Assembly: GCA_023391635.1 (NCBI GenBank)
Contig: JAEWAQ010000058.1
Location: forward strand, 89,429 to 153,428
Reading direction: 5' to 3'
Origin: Bacillota bacterium
Lineage (GTDB): Bacteria > Bacillota > Bacilli > Paenibacillales > Paenibacillaceae
DNA: 64,000 nucleotides
Position 1 is the first letter of the stretch. The number at the start of each line of letters is the position of its first letter. This document shows positions 47,301 through 55,266 of the stretch, in pieces. A program made the translations under genes and the position numbers. Under the pieces are notes generated by a model. That model made no database searches. It had not been told where the DNA came from and saw nothing but the letters and a program-made list of their open reading frames with translations.

Positions 47301-49756
47301 ACGACGGTTACAGCGATTTTACTTCGGGATTGTATGCGGACGAAACGAAGTTGACGGATTATGCCGTGGATCTGCTTGCCGGCCAGGACGTGGAATCGAT
47401 CTATTGGTCGCTGGGCGCCACGATGATGATCATTCGCGACAGTCCGACGGCACTGAAGCCTTATGCGAACCTGACACCCGAGCAGGAAGCGCTGATGCGG
47501 TCCGATGACATTGTGGGAATGAACCTGATAAACCAGTTGATCGACAGCGGCAAAGATCCGTTGGCGCTCGTAGCCGGACGGGCGGAAGAGCTCGGGATGA
47601 ACGGATTTGCCTCCTTGCGGATGAACGCCTTCTACAATCAAGGGGAACATCCTTATTTGAACGGGGCGCGCTATGAGGAGTTTGCGAACAAGGGGTATTT
47701 GCAGCTATTGAGCGACGGCTCCCAAAGCTTCCGAATGAGCTATGCCTATCCCGAATTCCGCCAATTCATCAAGGATGTGCTGGTGGAAGCCGCCTTCGCG
47801 ACGAACGATCAGGGCCAGCAGGTCGTGTCCGGCGTGGAGCTTGACTTCAACCGCTATCCGGACCTGTTCGGCAGCGAAGCGGCGGGCCTGTCGACGGCGA
47901 CGATCCTGACCGATTTCCTGCGCGAATTGCGTACGGCATTGCCAGGCAAGCAAATCGCGGTGCGCGTTCCTTATTATCCGGTCGCGGTGATCGATTTGCC
48001 AACCTGGATCGCGGACGGTCTGATCGACATTCTCATTCCGTCCACGATTGGCCATGAAGATTTCTTCCGCAATATCGATGAGTTCGCCGACTTGGTGGAA
48101 GGGACGAATGTGAAGCTGTATGGCGGCATCATAGGGACGTTGTCCGGCCACGAAATCACCAAGATCGAGGAAGAACTGCAGAAGCGCGGCATTCCGGTTA
48201 CCTCCGGCTTCAATTACGTGAGCAAACAGCAGTATCTGCTGCGGGCGCACCAGTTCTATGAAGCCGGATACGATGGCATCTATATTTTCAATAACTGGCG
48301 CGGGACGGCGGCGAACGGCGAAGTCATTCGCGGTTTGTTGGGCGACAAGGTGAAAGTGAAGAAGTGGCATGCGTTCGCATATCCGGCCGAATGGACGCAA
48401 AACAGCGTTTACGTCGAGGGGGCGCCGCGCAGCTTGTTGTTCAATGACGATGCCGCCAGCTTGAAAGACACGAATTGGCGAGCGACGGCGCCGCAGCCGG
48501 GCGTGTACATGACCGATTTCGCGAATACGCTCGGGAACCCGCAGGGAGTGGCTCTGAAGCCGGTGCCGGAGGGCCAATACCTGATCTATGGCGACGGAAG
48601 CTCGAGCGGCAAGTGGGGTTCGATGATTCGCCCGCTGGCGATCGGTTCAGGGCCTTGGAAGATGGAATTCTCCGCGCGATTCGCCGATCTGATGACCCCG
48701 GCCAATTATTTGCCGGACCGCGGCATCCTGTTCCGGGTGAATGCGAACGGAGCGAAGTTCGTGCTGGCGTTCAACTCGTATGACCCTGCTACCGGCCAGG
48801 CCAAGGTCACTTTCCGCGGCGATCAGGCCTATCGTAATGTCGGCACTTATCCGATCCAGATGCCTGGCGATGACCAGTTGCACGCGTGGGAGATTCGTTA
48901 CGACGGGGAATCGGCCGTGTCGCTCTGGCTGGATGGGTCGAAGATCGCGGAGCATGCCGGGATGGGCTTCGCAGACCCGAATCCGGAACAGATCGAGATT
49001 GCCTCGATTCCGCTGGACAGGGTGTCCGGTACGAATGAACTGTATATCGACCACATTCGTTTCTCCAAACTGATCGCGGCGACCGGCATCGGATTGACGC
49101 CGGCGGAATTGGAACTGCAGGCAGGGGAAGATTACCGCCTGGCTGTCGCGTTTACGCCGGAGCATGCGACCGATAAGCGCGTGGTATGGACATCGGACAA
49201 TGAAGAAGTGGCGACTGTAGACGCAACGGGACGGGTCTTCGCGATTTCGCCTGGCCTGGCGCAGATCACGGCAACGGCCGTCGACGGCGGATGGACCGCG
49301 ACGAGCGCGGTGACGGTGACCGCGGTGCCCGTACCCGTCAGCATCCAACTGCATATGGATGCCGACCGGATCGCGTTCGGCCAGCAAGCGACGGTGACCG
49401 GCGCCGTCTACGATGCCGAGGGGGTTGGCTTGGCGGGCATTACGGTCCGCCTGACCGCTTCGGCCGGCACGATCGATCCTGCAGCGATCGCAACCGGCGA
49501 AGACGGGGCGTTCTCCGCCCTGTTCCTGGCGCCGAATCATGCCGGATCCATCCAAGTGACGGCTGTCGTGCCCGGCACGGATGCTGCCGGCCAGGCCACC
49601 GTGCAGGTGTGCCCTGCGGTTCAGGTGCGGAGCGGACCATCGGCGCCGCAAGAAGCGAAAGGCAATTGCCGCCGGCTTCCGATGGAAGCGAGCCTGACGG
49701 TACCCGACAAGGCGGAAGCCAGGCTGCCGGAATCCGATCCGGCTTTGCAGCCCTGA
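44387..49756 (+). CDS. 1789-aa secreted multi-module protein: four paralogous beta-sandwich (LamG/ConA-like?) modules of about 210 aa, a central non-repeat TIM-barrel-like region, a Big_2 Ig domain and a further Ig-like domain
   Basis: ATG 44387 follows GAGGTG. Signal peptide MKIGFIRKLLIAALAAGLVLPVGTMPLHA. Internal paralogous modules lie at about 44528-45150, 45150-45790, 45794-46420 and 48430-49075, and share DDAxSLxDxGW...LGNP...GQYLxYGD...GxGxWxxEFSA(R/K)...ERGxxF...NE(V/L)YxDxI. Big_2-like segment LTPAELELQAGEDYRLAVAFTPEHATDKRVVWTSDNEEVATVDATGRVFAISPGLAQITA at about 49081-49320. Confidence 0.7.
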   Translation: MKIGFIRKLLIAALAAGLVLPVGTMPLHANVADGTGAPALLGTFPALFEDDADNMQQAGWSLSQPPESGVYATDASHSLGNPNLIEMKPVDPGQYLFYGDKSASDGVRYTMMTKSVAIGDGAWTLEFSARIVDLVKPKQYPAERGILFIVYANEKRYQVSFNSMNKLYGLTNTHGTTFQDKEIEYPQDDAFHQWEITFDGLQTVSIKLDGIKVAAFTGIALPASGRNDSIVIGNLPLDWEAGTNEVYFDHFKFYKGNPDIYVQDDADSLADAGWTRFQAPIDGVYVTDSGGSLGNPNGAAMLPVPAGQYLFYGDQRASDLNKYSYISQSVPIGAGAWELGFSAKFSQLMTPARYLAERGVFFDIRANEKRYKIAFNSGNRIVAQVGSGSAVDVREVNMPGDDLFHSWKIAYDGVNAVSVSVDGVVLARFENIAGTVNAADGMYIFNAPLDWQAGANEVYFEDIRLSKSVMGNPNVLIDDDGAGFPAMNWQVDAPAANAYFTDYRKTNGSVAGMKSAAEGTYVTYAAAGSGQAMQLSKQVAIGGAPWALEFDARIQSEVMLDDAVGDPAKGLGMEIAADGKLYRFVWQDGDRLRLLKADGSYDSVQLTMPDAQQIHRWGVAYDQQQIILSLDGVKLGSWQGLGLAQAGPDRARLYNDATGAVTGATEAVIDRIRLVKNTLPEWARFAPVITSVSVLPTSSQASGIETVVSILDANPLSYQDGSLQVEASLRQDGTLIASGLQAATGPAVSVRLDAVPATGRMELTIRMLHDGNELTAYTRNIEVYPTAAVLAPGQQATAAGGAATIGAAYLYTAMADVWDETANAAFEKGTSGWETATYQYEGTAEGGVFLENVGAAHTLSLPINLNGWFGVYVGYVTGTEQIVVGDGTQEQTVTVGGGLSGSGPSYGNKAIAEAFAFASEFQDGTVTLKTAGGKQARIAYVKLKELTLEEIALYAEADESATGGGKRVVYNNDGYSDFTSGLYADETKLTDYAVDLLAGQDVESIYWSLGATMMIIRDSPTALKPYANLTPEQEALMRSDDIVGMNLINQLIDSGKDPLALVAGRAEELGMNGFASLRMNAFYNQGEHPYLNGARYEEFANKGYLQLLSDGSQSFRMSYAYPEFRQFIKDVLVEAAFATNDQGQQVVSGVELDFNRYPDLFGSEAAGLSTATILTDFLRELRTALPGKQIAVRVPYYPVAVIDLPTWIADGLIDILIPSTIGHEDFFRNIDEFADLVEGTNVKLYGGIIGTLSGHEITKIEEELQKRGIPVTSGFNYVSKQQYLLRAHQFYEAGYDGIYIFNNWRGTAANGEVIRGLLGDKVKVKKWHAFAYPAEWTQNSVYVEGAPRSLLFNDDAASLKDTNWRATAPQPGVYMTDFANTLGNPQGVALKPVPEGQYLIYGDGSSSGKWGSMIRPLAIGSGPWKMEFSARFADLMTPANYLPDRGILFRVNANGAKFVLAFNSYDPATGQAKVTFRGDQAYRNVGTYPIQMPGDDQLHAWEIRYDGESAVSLWLDGSKIAEHAGMGFADPNPEQIEIASIPLDRVSGTNELYIDHIRFSKLIAATGIGLTPAELELQAGEDYRLAVAFTPEHATDKRVVWTSDNEEVATVDATGRVFAISPGLAQITATAVDGGWTATSAVTVTAVPVPVSIQLHMDADRIAFGQQATVTGAVYDAEGVGLAGITVRLTASAGTIDPAAIATGEDGAFSALFLAPNHAGSIQVTAVVPGTDAAGQATVQVCPAVQVRSGPSAPQEAKGNCRRLPMEASLTVPDKAEARLPESDPALQP

Positions 49757-49793
49757 TCAGGCAGAAGATATAGGGAAACGATAAGAAGAGCAT

Positions 49794-49828
49794 CGGGCAG
49801 GCCCGCGATACGAGCAGGGGCCTGCCCG
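49794..49828 (+). terminator. hairpin terminator after the giant gene
   Basis: CGGGCAGGCCC-(12 nt)-GGGGCCTGCCCG. The downstream T-tract is weak. Confidence 0.55.
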
Positions 49829-49919
49829 GCTTCAGTTCCGCTTTGTTGTTCGTTGCTCGGACAGGATAAGCCCCGATTGACATCTTATGGGCGGTGGGGT
49901 ATTGTTGAATTTATATAAT

Positions 49920-49930
49920 TGGTAATACCA
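49920..49930 (+). promoter_or_regulatory. FadR/GntR-type palindromic operator, copy 2 (TGGTAATACCA)
   Basis: Immediately abuts a TATAAT hexamer (49914-49919), is followed by TAGTATGATTA, and lies 61 nt upstream of the sialidase-like ATG. Confidence 0.6.
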
Positions 49931-49980
49931 TAGTATGATTATGTTCCGTTTGACATCCATAGCTGAAAGGGAGTTCACCC

Positions 49981-51147
49981 ATGTCTGACAAGACGGCCCA
50001 ACCGATTCATATTGAAATCATCGATACAGGCCTTATTTTCCGCAACCCGCTGCCGCACGTGTACGCCCGGCATGCCTATTTTCCTTCGGTGCTTCAATTG
50101 GCGAACGGCGAGATGCTGGCATCGTTTACCGTCGGCCAAGCTTTCGAATCCGCCGACCTGCATACGGAACTGGCGCGTTCTTTCGACCAAGGCGTCACGT
50201 GGGCGCATGAAGGCCGCCTCTATCCAGGCACGCCGGATAGGGCCACTTCGGATACGTGCCGGCTGTCGCATGGCGCTGATGGAGAAGTGATCGCCTACGT
50301 CATTCGCCACGACCGTTCGCGGCCGGATTGCGGCTTCGTCAACCCGGATAATCTCGGTTTCGTCGAAACTGAGCAGTTGCTATTCCGGTCGTCTGACGGG
50401 GGGCGCACATGGAGCGATCCGCAGACGATCAATCCGCCGCTCGTCGGCCCGGCATTCGAAATGACTTCTCCGATCGTACCGTTGAAGGGCGGCACCTGGC
50501 TATTGCCGACCTGCACCTGGAGGGGATTCGACGGCTATTGCCCGAATGGCATGAAGATGGTCGCGTTCCGTTCAGAAGACCAGGGCAGGACTTGGCCGGA
50601 TTACATCGACGTCATGGCGGACGCCAGGGATATCGATATTTTCTGGGAGTCCAAGATGGTCGAACTGGCCGACGGCAGAGTGCTGGCTGCAGCCTGGGTC
50701 TATGACCGGGAAGCGGGGAAGGATCGGGACAATCACTACGCCATCACCCGCGGGGCGGGCATCGACAGCCCGTTTACGGAACCGCGGTCATGCGGGTTGA
50801 AGGGGCAAACGCTGAATATCATGGAAATTGCGCCCGGCCGGGTGTTGACCGTCTATCGCCGAACGGATGTGCCGGGCTTATGGGCCAATATTTCCCGGAT
50901 CGAAGGCGATCAATCGGTGAACGAATCGGAGCATCCGCTATGGGGCAGCGGCCGCACGGGGCTGACCGCCCATTCGGGCAACATGGCCGCGGATTTCACC
51001 GCCTTGCAGTTCGGCGCTCCATCGCTGATCCGGATGCATTCGAATGAAATATTCGTTTGTTTCTGGGCGGTCGAGGGCGGAGTCGGCAACATTCGCTGGA
51101 TCAAGCTTCGCATGACGGAATCCGGGAGTGGCCCGTCGGATGCGTAA
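49981..51147 (+). CDS. leaderless sialidase-like (GH33-type) six-bladed BNR/Asp-box propeller protein
   Basis: Three Asp-boxes (SFDQGVTW, SSDGGRTW, SEDQGRTW) and an N-terminal FRNP resembling the (F/Y)RIP arginine motif. 388 aa with no signal peptide. Confidence 0.6.
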   Translation: MSDKTAQPIHIEIIDTGLIFRNPLPHVYARHAYFPSVLQLANGEMLASFTVGQAFESADLHTELARSFDQGVTWAHEGRLYPGTPDRATSDTCRLSHGADGEVIAYVIRHDRSRPDCGFVNPDNLGFVETEQLLFRSSDGGRTWSDPQTINPPLVGPAFEMTSPIVPLKGGTWLLPTCTWRGFDGYCPNGMKMVAFRSEDQGRTWPDYIDVMADARDIDIFWESKMVELADGRVLAAAWVYDREAGKDRDNHYAITRGAGIDSPFTEPRSCGLKGQTLNIMEIAPGRVLTVYRRTDVPGLWANISRIEGDQSVNESEHPLWGSGRTGLTAHSGNMAADFTALQFGAPSLIRMHSNEIFVCFWAVEGGVGNIRWIKLRMTESGSGPSDA

Positions 51148-51204
51148 AGAGCATGACGATAGCGGATATCGTTCGAGAAGCGGCCAAGGAAGGGTGGGTC
51201 GGTC

Positions 51205-51984
51205 ATGATCATGGAACGGTTTTCCCTGCGGGGCAAGACGGCGTTCGTCACCGGAGGCGCCGGGCTATACGGAAGGCAAATCGTCAGGGCTCTGCATGAA
51301 GCGGGCGCCACCGTATATACGACTTCACGCAATCGGGAACGGCTGCGCGTGGTCGAGGAAAGCTTCCGGGAAGAGAATGTTGCGGTCCGCGCGCTGGAAA
51401 TGGACCTCGGAGACGAACGCTCCGTATTGACGGCGATCGAGCAGGCGGCCGAAGAGAGCGGGAGTTTGGATATCCTCGTCAACAATGCCGTCGAGCGCAC
51501 GATGAACGGATGGAAGGATCCGGTCGTGCATTTCGCTCGCAGCATGGAAGTTAACGCGACGGGATTGTTTGCCGTGACGCGAGCGGCGGCTGATCGGATG
51601 GCGAAACAAGGCGGCGGTTCGATCGTGAACATCGGTTCGATTCAGGGGATGGTCGGGGTCGATCTCACCTTGTATGAGGGCTTGGACTGGAGCAGCAGCC
51701 TTCCCGACTACTTCTTTCACAAGGGCGGAATGATCAATTTCACCCGCTTTGTCGCGAGTTATTACGGCATGCGGTCCGTCCGATGCAACTGCGTCAGCCC
51801 TGGCGGCCTGCGGTCCGGAGACCCGGATGAGCGGTTCGTCCGCCGCTATGAAGAGCGCACGATGCTGGGCCGGATGGCGAACGACACGGATCTGATGGGC
51901 ATTATCGTATTTTTGGCTTCGGATGCATCATCCTACATTACGGCTGCGAACATCCCCGTGGATGGCGGGTATACGGCCAAATGA
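51205..51984 (+). CDS. SDR-family oxidoreductase
   Basis: TGGAGLYG cofactor loop and an NNAV motif, with classical SDR length. ATG 51211 is an alternative start. Confidence 0.8.
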   Translation: MIMERFSLRGKTAFVTGGAGLYGRQIVRALHEAGATVYTTSRNRERLRVVEESFREENVAVRALEMDLGDERSVLTAIEQAAEESGSLDILVNNAVERTMNGWKDPVVHFARSMEVNATGLFAVTRAAADRMAKQGGGSIVNIGSIQGMVGVDLTLYEGLDWSSSLPDYFFHKGGMINFTRFVASYYGMRSVRCNCVSPGGLRSGDPDERFVRRYEERTMLGRMANDTDLMGIIVFLASDASSYITAANIPVDGGYTAK

Positions 51985-52628
51985 ATGGAGGCGAGCCCGA
52001 TTTCATGATAGGAACGATGAGAAAGCTGCTCGACGGAGAGAAGGCGCTGATCGTATGTATTGGCGATTCGATTACGGAGCAGAACCGCCATCTGCATGGC
52101 CATCTGAACTATGTCGGAATGCTGGACGAGAAGTTAACGGGGAAATATCCCCATCGCGTGTTCGTGTTCAATACCGGGATCAGCGGGAATACGGCAGGGG
52201 ACGTCGCGGAACGTCTCGAACGGGATGCCCTGCGGTTCAAGCCGGACCTGGTCGTCGTCATGCTGGGCATGAACGACAGTACCAGGGGGATGGACGGGCT
52301 CCCGGCATTTCAACGGAACTTGGAGGCGATTGCAAGCCGGATCGCGGCATCGGGCAGCGAGGTGCTCCTGATGACGCAAAATCCGCTGAATTTCGATCTG
52401 CCGGACAACGTGAGGATGCGCGGCAGTTATCCGTTATACGTCGATGCGATCAGGGAGATCGCGGCATCCCGCGAGATTCCGCTTTGCGATGTTCACCTTG
52501 CCTGGGAAGCGCATTTGTCGGAATTTCCCCATGATCGCTGGGTGTGGATGAATGATGAAATTCACCCGAATGAACACGGCCATCGGTTTATGGCGCGGGT
52601 ATTGTTGGATTATTTGAGCCATGCGTAA
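51981..52628 (+). CDS. SGNH/GDSL-family hydrolase (esterase)
   Basis: ATGA overlap with the SDR stop. Block I VCIGDSITE, block III LGMNDS and block V DEIHPN. Confidence 0.8.
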   Translation: MNGGEPDFMIGTMRKLLDGEKALIVCIGDSITEQNRHLHGHLNYVGMLDEKLTGKYPHRVFVFNTGISGNTAGDVAERLERDALRFKPDLVVVMLGMNDSTRGMDGLPAFQRNLEAIASRIAASGSEVLLMTQNPLNFDLPDNVRMRGSYPLYVDAIREIAASREIPLCDVHLAWEAHLSEFPHDRWVWMNDEIHPNEHGHRFMARVLLDYLSHA

Positions 52629-52670
52629 ACGAGACTCCCGGTCCGCTGAACGCACAAGGAGAGGAATCCG

Positions 52671-53621
52671 ATGAAGAGAACGACTCTGTCGGGCAGGTCC
52701 ATCCCGCCGATGACGCTGGGCACGGCGCAGCTGTCCATGGAATACGGCATCGCCAACCGGAGCGGCAAACCCGCCATGGATGAAAGCTTCCGCATCGTCC
52801 GCACCGCACTGGAAAGCGGGATTACGTGCTTCGATACGGCCAAGATATATGGGGATTCAGAACGGATACTGGGCGAGTTTATGGCAGCCGAGCCGGTCTT
52901 GGCGAGTGACGCCACGATCGTCACGAAAATCAAATTGAGCCCGCAGGCACCACTAGCCGGCGAGGAGCTTCGCAGACAGGTGACCGCCGAAGTGGAAGAT
53001 TGTCTGTCCAGGCTGCGGATGGCGAAGCTCCCTCTCTTGCTGCTGCATCAACCGGAAGACCTGCGGGGCCGCGGCGAGGAGATGGCCCGCATCCTTCGCG
53101 GTTTGAAGCAGGACGGCTTGATCGAGGCGGCGGGCGTATCCCTGGATTCGAATTCAGACGAACAGTATGATGTTTTCTGGCCGTTTATTCGCGACGATTT
53201 GTACGAGGCGATTCAAATCCCGATTAATTTGCTGGATCAACGGTTGATCCATAACGGAGCGCTCCGCAGCTTTGCCGATAGGGGCAAGGTGGTGTTTGCT
53301 CGCAGCGTGTTTTTGCAGGGATTGTTTTTCCTGGATGACGATCGGCTGCCTGAGCGGATCCGGGATGCGGCCCGCAAGCCTTTGAGGATGATACGGGAAT
53401 TGGCGGAGCAGGAAGGCATGAGCATCGCCCAATTGGCGGTATCCTTCGTGCGCGATATGCCGGAGATCGGCAGTCTCGTCGTTGGCGCGGAAACAGTGGA
53501 GCAAATGCGGAACAACGCCGTGCTGATGAACGGTCCGTCAATCGGAGAGCGAGCGCGATCCATCATGCTGAACGCATTCAAGAAGGTGCCGCGACAAGTA
53601 TATGTGACGACAATGTGGTGA
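52671..53621 (+). CDS. aldo/keto reductase
   Basis: LGTAQLSMEYG, FDTAKIYGDSE, and a 316-aa length typical of AKRs. AAGGAGAGG SD. Confidence 0.8.
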   Translation: MKRTTLSGRSIPPMTLGTAQLSMEYGIANRSGKPAMDESFRIVRTALESGITCFDTAKIYGDSERILGEFMAAEPVLASDATIVTKIKLSPQAPLAGEELRRQVTAEVEDCLSRLRMAKLPLLLLHQPEDLRGRGEEMARILRGLKQDGLIEAAGVSLDSNSDEQYDVFWPFIRDDLYEAIQIPINLLDQRLIHNGALRSFADRGKVVFARSVFLQGLFFLDDDRLPERIRDAARKPLRMIRELAEQEGMSIAQLAVSFVRDMPEIGSLVVGAETVEQMRNNAVLMNGPSIGERARSIMLNAFKKVPRQVYVTTMW

Positions 53622-53704
53622 TGCTTAGCCCGGAATTTATTCAAACTGCGGCCTGTTTAATCGGTTTGACATCGTTCGGACAGAGGAGTAATGTAGATTT
53701 AACA

Positions 53705-53715
53705 TGGTTTTACCA
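53705..53715 (+). promoter_or_regulatory. FadR/GntR-type palindromic operator, copy 3 (TGGTTTTACCA)
   Basis: Followed by TACTATTATTAA, identical to copy 1. It lies 33 nt downstream of TTGACA (53666-53671; TTGACA-17-TAATGT) and 90 nt upstream of the first FadR-type gene. Confidence 0.6.
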
Positions 53716-53794
53716 TACTATTATTAATTATCGAAATTCGCTTCTTAAGCTTCTTGCTTTTATATGGATTCGTTGGCGTTTGGAGGAATTCTGC

Positions 53795-54454
53795 ATGAAG
53801 GCGATTCGCAAGTCTACGCTTGTCGAGCAAGCCGGCGAGGCGATCAAGAGACATATCGAGCAGCATCGGCTGCGCCCGGGCCAGAAGCTGCCGTCCGAGA
53901 GGGAATGGGTCGAATCGCTGCAAGTGAGCCGGACCGCCGTACGCGAAGCTTTGAAATCGCTGGAACTCGTCGGCGTCGTTCGCCTGAAACCCGGAGACGG
54001 CATCTACGTCAGCGACCCAAGTTTACGGCATATTACTCGGCACGTAACCTTTCAATGGAAGACCGACAAGCGGAAGCTGAAGGAGCTTCTCGAAATCCGC
54101 AAAATATTGGAGCTTGGCGCCGTGGAGCTGGCCGTGGGCCATCGGGATTCCGAAGCCATCGGGGATATGGCGCGCTGGGTGGAGCGGATGGAGGCCAAAG
54201 TGAAAAAGCGGTTGCCGGCCGTGGAGGAAGATTTGGCTTTTCACCGCGCCTTGTTCCGGGCGACCGGCAATGAGACGATGCTGCAATTCAGCGAGATGCT
54301 GGCCGAATTTTTCCCGGAGTCGCATGAGGAGCCTTGCACCGAGACGACGCTGAACGAGCATCGGGAAATTTACGATCGATTGAAGCAAGGCGACGCGCCG
54401 GGAGCGAGACGGGTATTGGAGGCGCACCTCGATTCGCTGAAGACGACCTTATAG
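53795..54454 (+). CDS. GntR-family regulator, FadR subfamily (wHTH + FCD)
   Basis: ATG 53795 follows TGGAGGA. LPSEREWVESLQVSRTAVREALKSLELVGVVRLKPGDGIYV and an all-helical FCD-like C-terminal domain. Confidence 0.85.
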   Translation: MKAIRKSTLVEQAGEAIKRHIEQHRLRPGQKLPSEREWVESLQVSRTAVREALKSLELVGVVRLKPGDGIYVSDPSLRHITRHVTFQWKTDKRKLKELLEIRKILELGAVELAVGHRDSEAIGDMARWVERMEAKVKKRLPAVEEDLAFHRALFRATGNETMLQFSEMLAEFFPESHEEPCTETTLNEHREIYDRLKQGDAPGARRVLEAHLDSLKTTL

Positions 54455-54467
54455 AAAGGAAACGAGC

Positions 54468-55166
54468 ATGATGCTAGCGGAACACAACCTGGATCGTAAA
54501 ATGTTAAGTCAAATCGCCAGCGACCAATTGAAACAATTTATCGCTGACAACCGGTTGAAGCCCGGAGACCAGCTGCCGACGGAACGGGAGCTTGCCGAAC
54601 GGATGCAAGTCAGTCGGCCGGTCGTCCGCGAGGCGCTGAACCGGTTGGAGACACTGCAGTTGATCGTCAAAGTTCAGGGTAAAGGCATCTTCGTGGCCGA
54701 GCAAAATTTGCATACGTTCTTCGAACAGATCGTGACCTTCTGGGATTCGGCGGATATGGGGATGGAGAAACTGCTTGCTTTCCGGCTCATGCTAGAGCAA
54801 GCGGCCATGGAGGAAATCGCCGAACAAGCCGTGCCCGAAGATTACGGCAGGCTGGAAGCCATGGTGAAGGCTTCGGCCGAGCCCGCGATTGACGAAGGGA
54901 CGTTCGTGCGAATGGATGCCGACTTCCACGCCGAGTTGATCCGCTTGACCGGCAACGAGCTGTTCCACCAGCTGTCGTCCACCGTTGCGCGTTATTTCGC
55001 CATGCTGCAGCTCCGGCTGCCGTCGGAAGAAGCGAAATCCGGAGCCGACCGGGCCAGGACGATCGCCGATCATCGCAAGCTCATCGGCTTGCTGTCCGCC
55101 AAGCAGGTGAAGGATGCCAAGCAGTTATTGAAGGAGCATCTGCTGGACACGGGAACGCTCACCTGA
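54468..55166 (+). CDS. GntR-family regulator, FadR subfamily (second tandem paralogue)
   Basis: LPTERELAERMQVSRPVVREALNRLETLQLIVKVQGKGIFV and an FCD-like C-terminal domain. Confidence 0.85.
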   Translation: MMLAEHNLDRKMLSQIASDQLKQFIADNRLKPGDQLPTERELAERMQVSRPVVREALNRLETLQLIVKVQGKGIFVAEQNLHTFFEQIVTFWDSADMGMEKLLAFRLMLEQAAMEEIAEQAVPEDYGRLEAMVKASAEPAIDEGTFVRMDADFHAELIRLTGNELFHQLSSTVARYFAMLQLRLPSEEAKSGADRARTIADHRKLIGLLSAKQVKDAKQLLKEHLLDTGTLT

Positions 55167-55178
55167 ATGCCAGATAGC

Positions 55179-55198
55179 GACGAAACGGATGTTTCGTC
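55179..55198 (+). terminator. hairpin after the second FadR-type gene (GACGAAAC-GGAT-GTTTCGTC)
   Basis: 8-bp perfect stem and 4-nt loop, followed by an AT-rich stretch but only a weak U-tract. Confidence 0.45.
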
Positions 55199-55206
55199 AT
55201 TAAAAT

Positions 55207-55217
55207 TGGTATTACCA
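55207..55217 (+). promoter_or_regulatory. FadR/GntR-type palindromic operator, copy 4 (TGGTATTACCA)
   Basis: Followed by TACTATGTATTG. It lies 60 nt upstream of the ThrC-like gene. Confidence 0.6.
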
Positions 55218-55266
55218 TACTATGTATTGAAATTAGACACCATCTGATTGTATAGGAGCGAGCTGG

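Noticed and set aside
44528-49075. Internal repeats of the giant gene considered as a diversity-generating retroelement (template/variable repeat) target.
   Set aside because: The copies are diverged throughout at the protein level rather than at adenine-specific positions. No reverse transcriptase or non-coding template repeat is present in the window.
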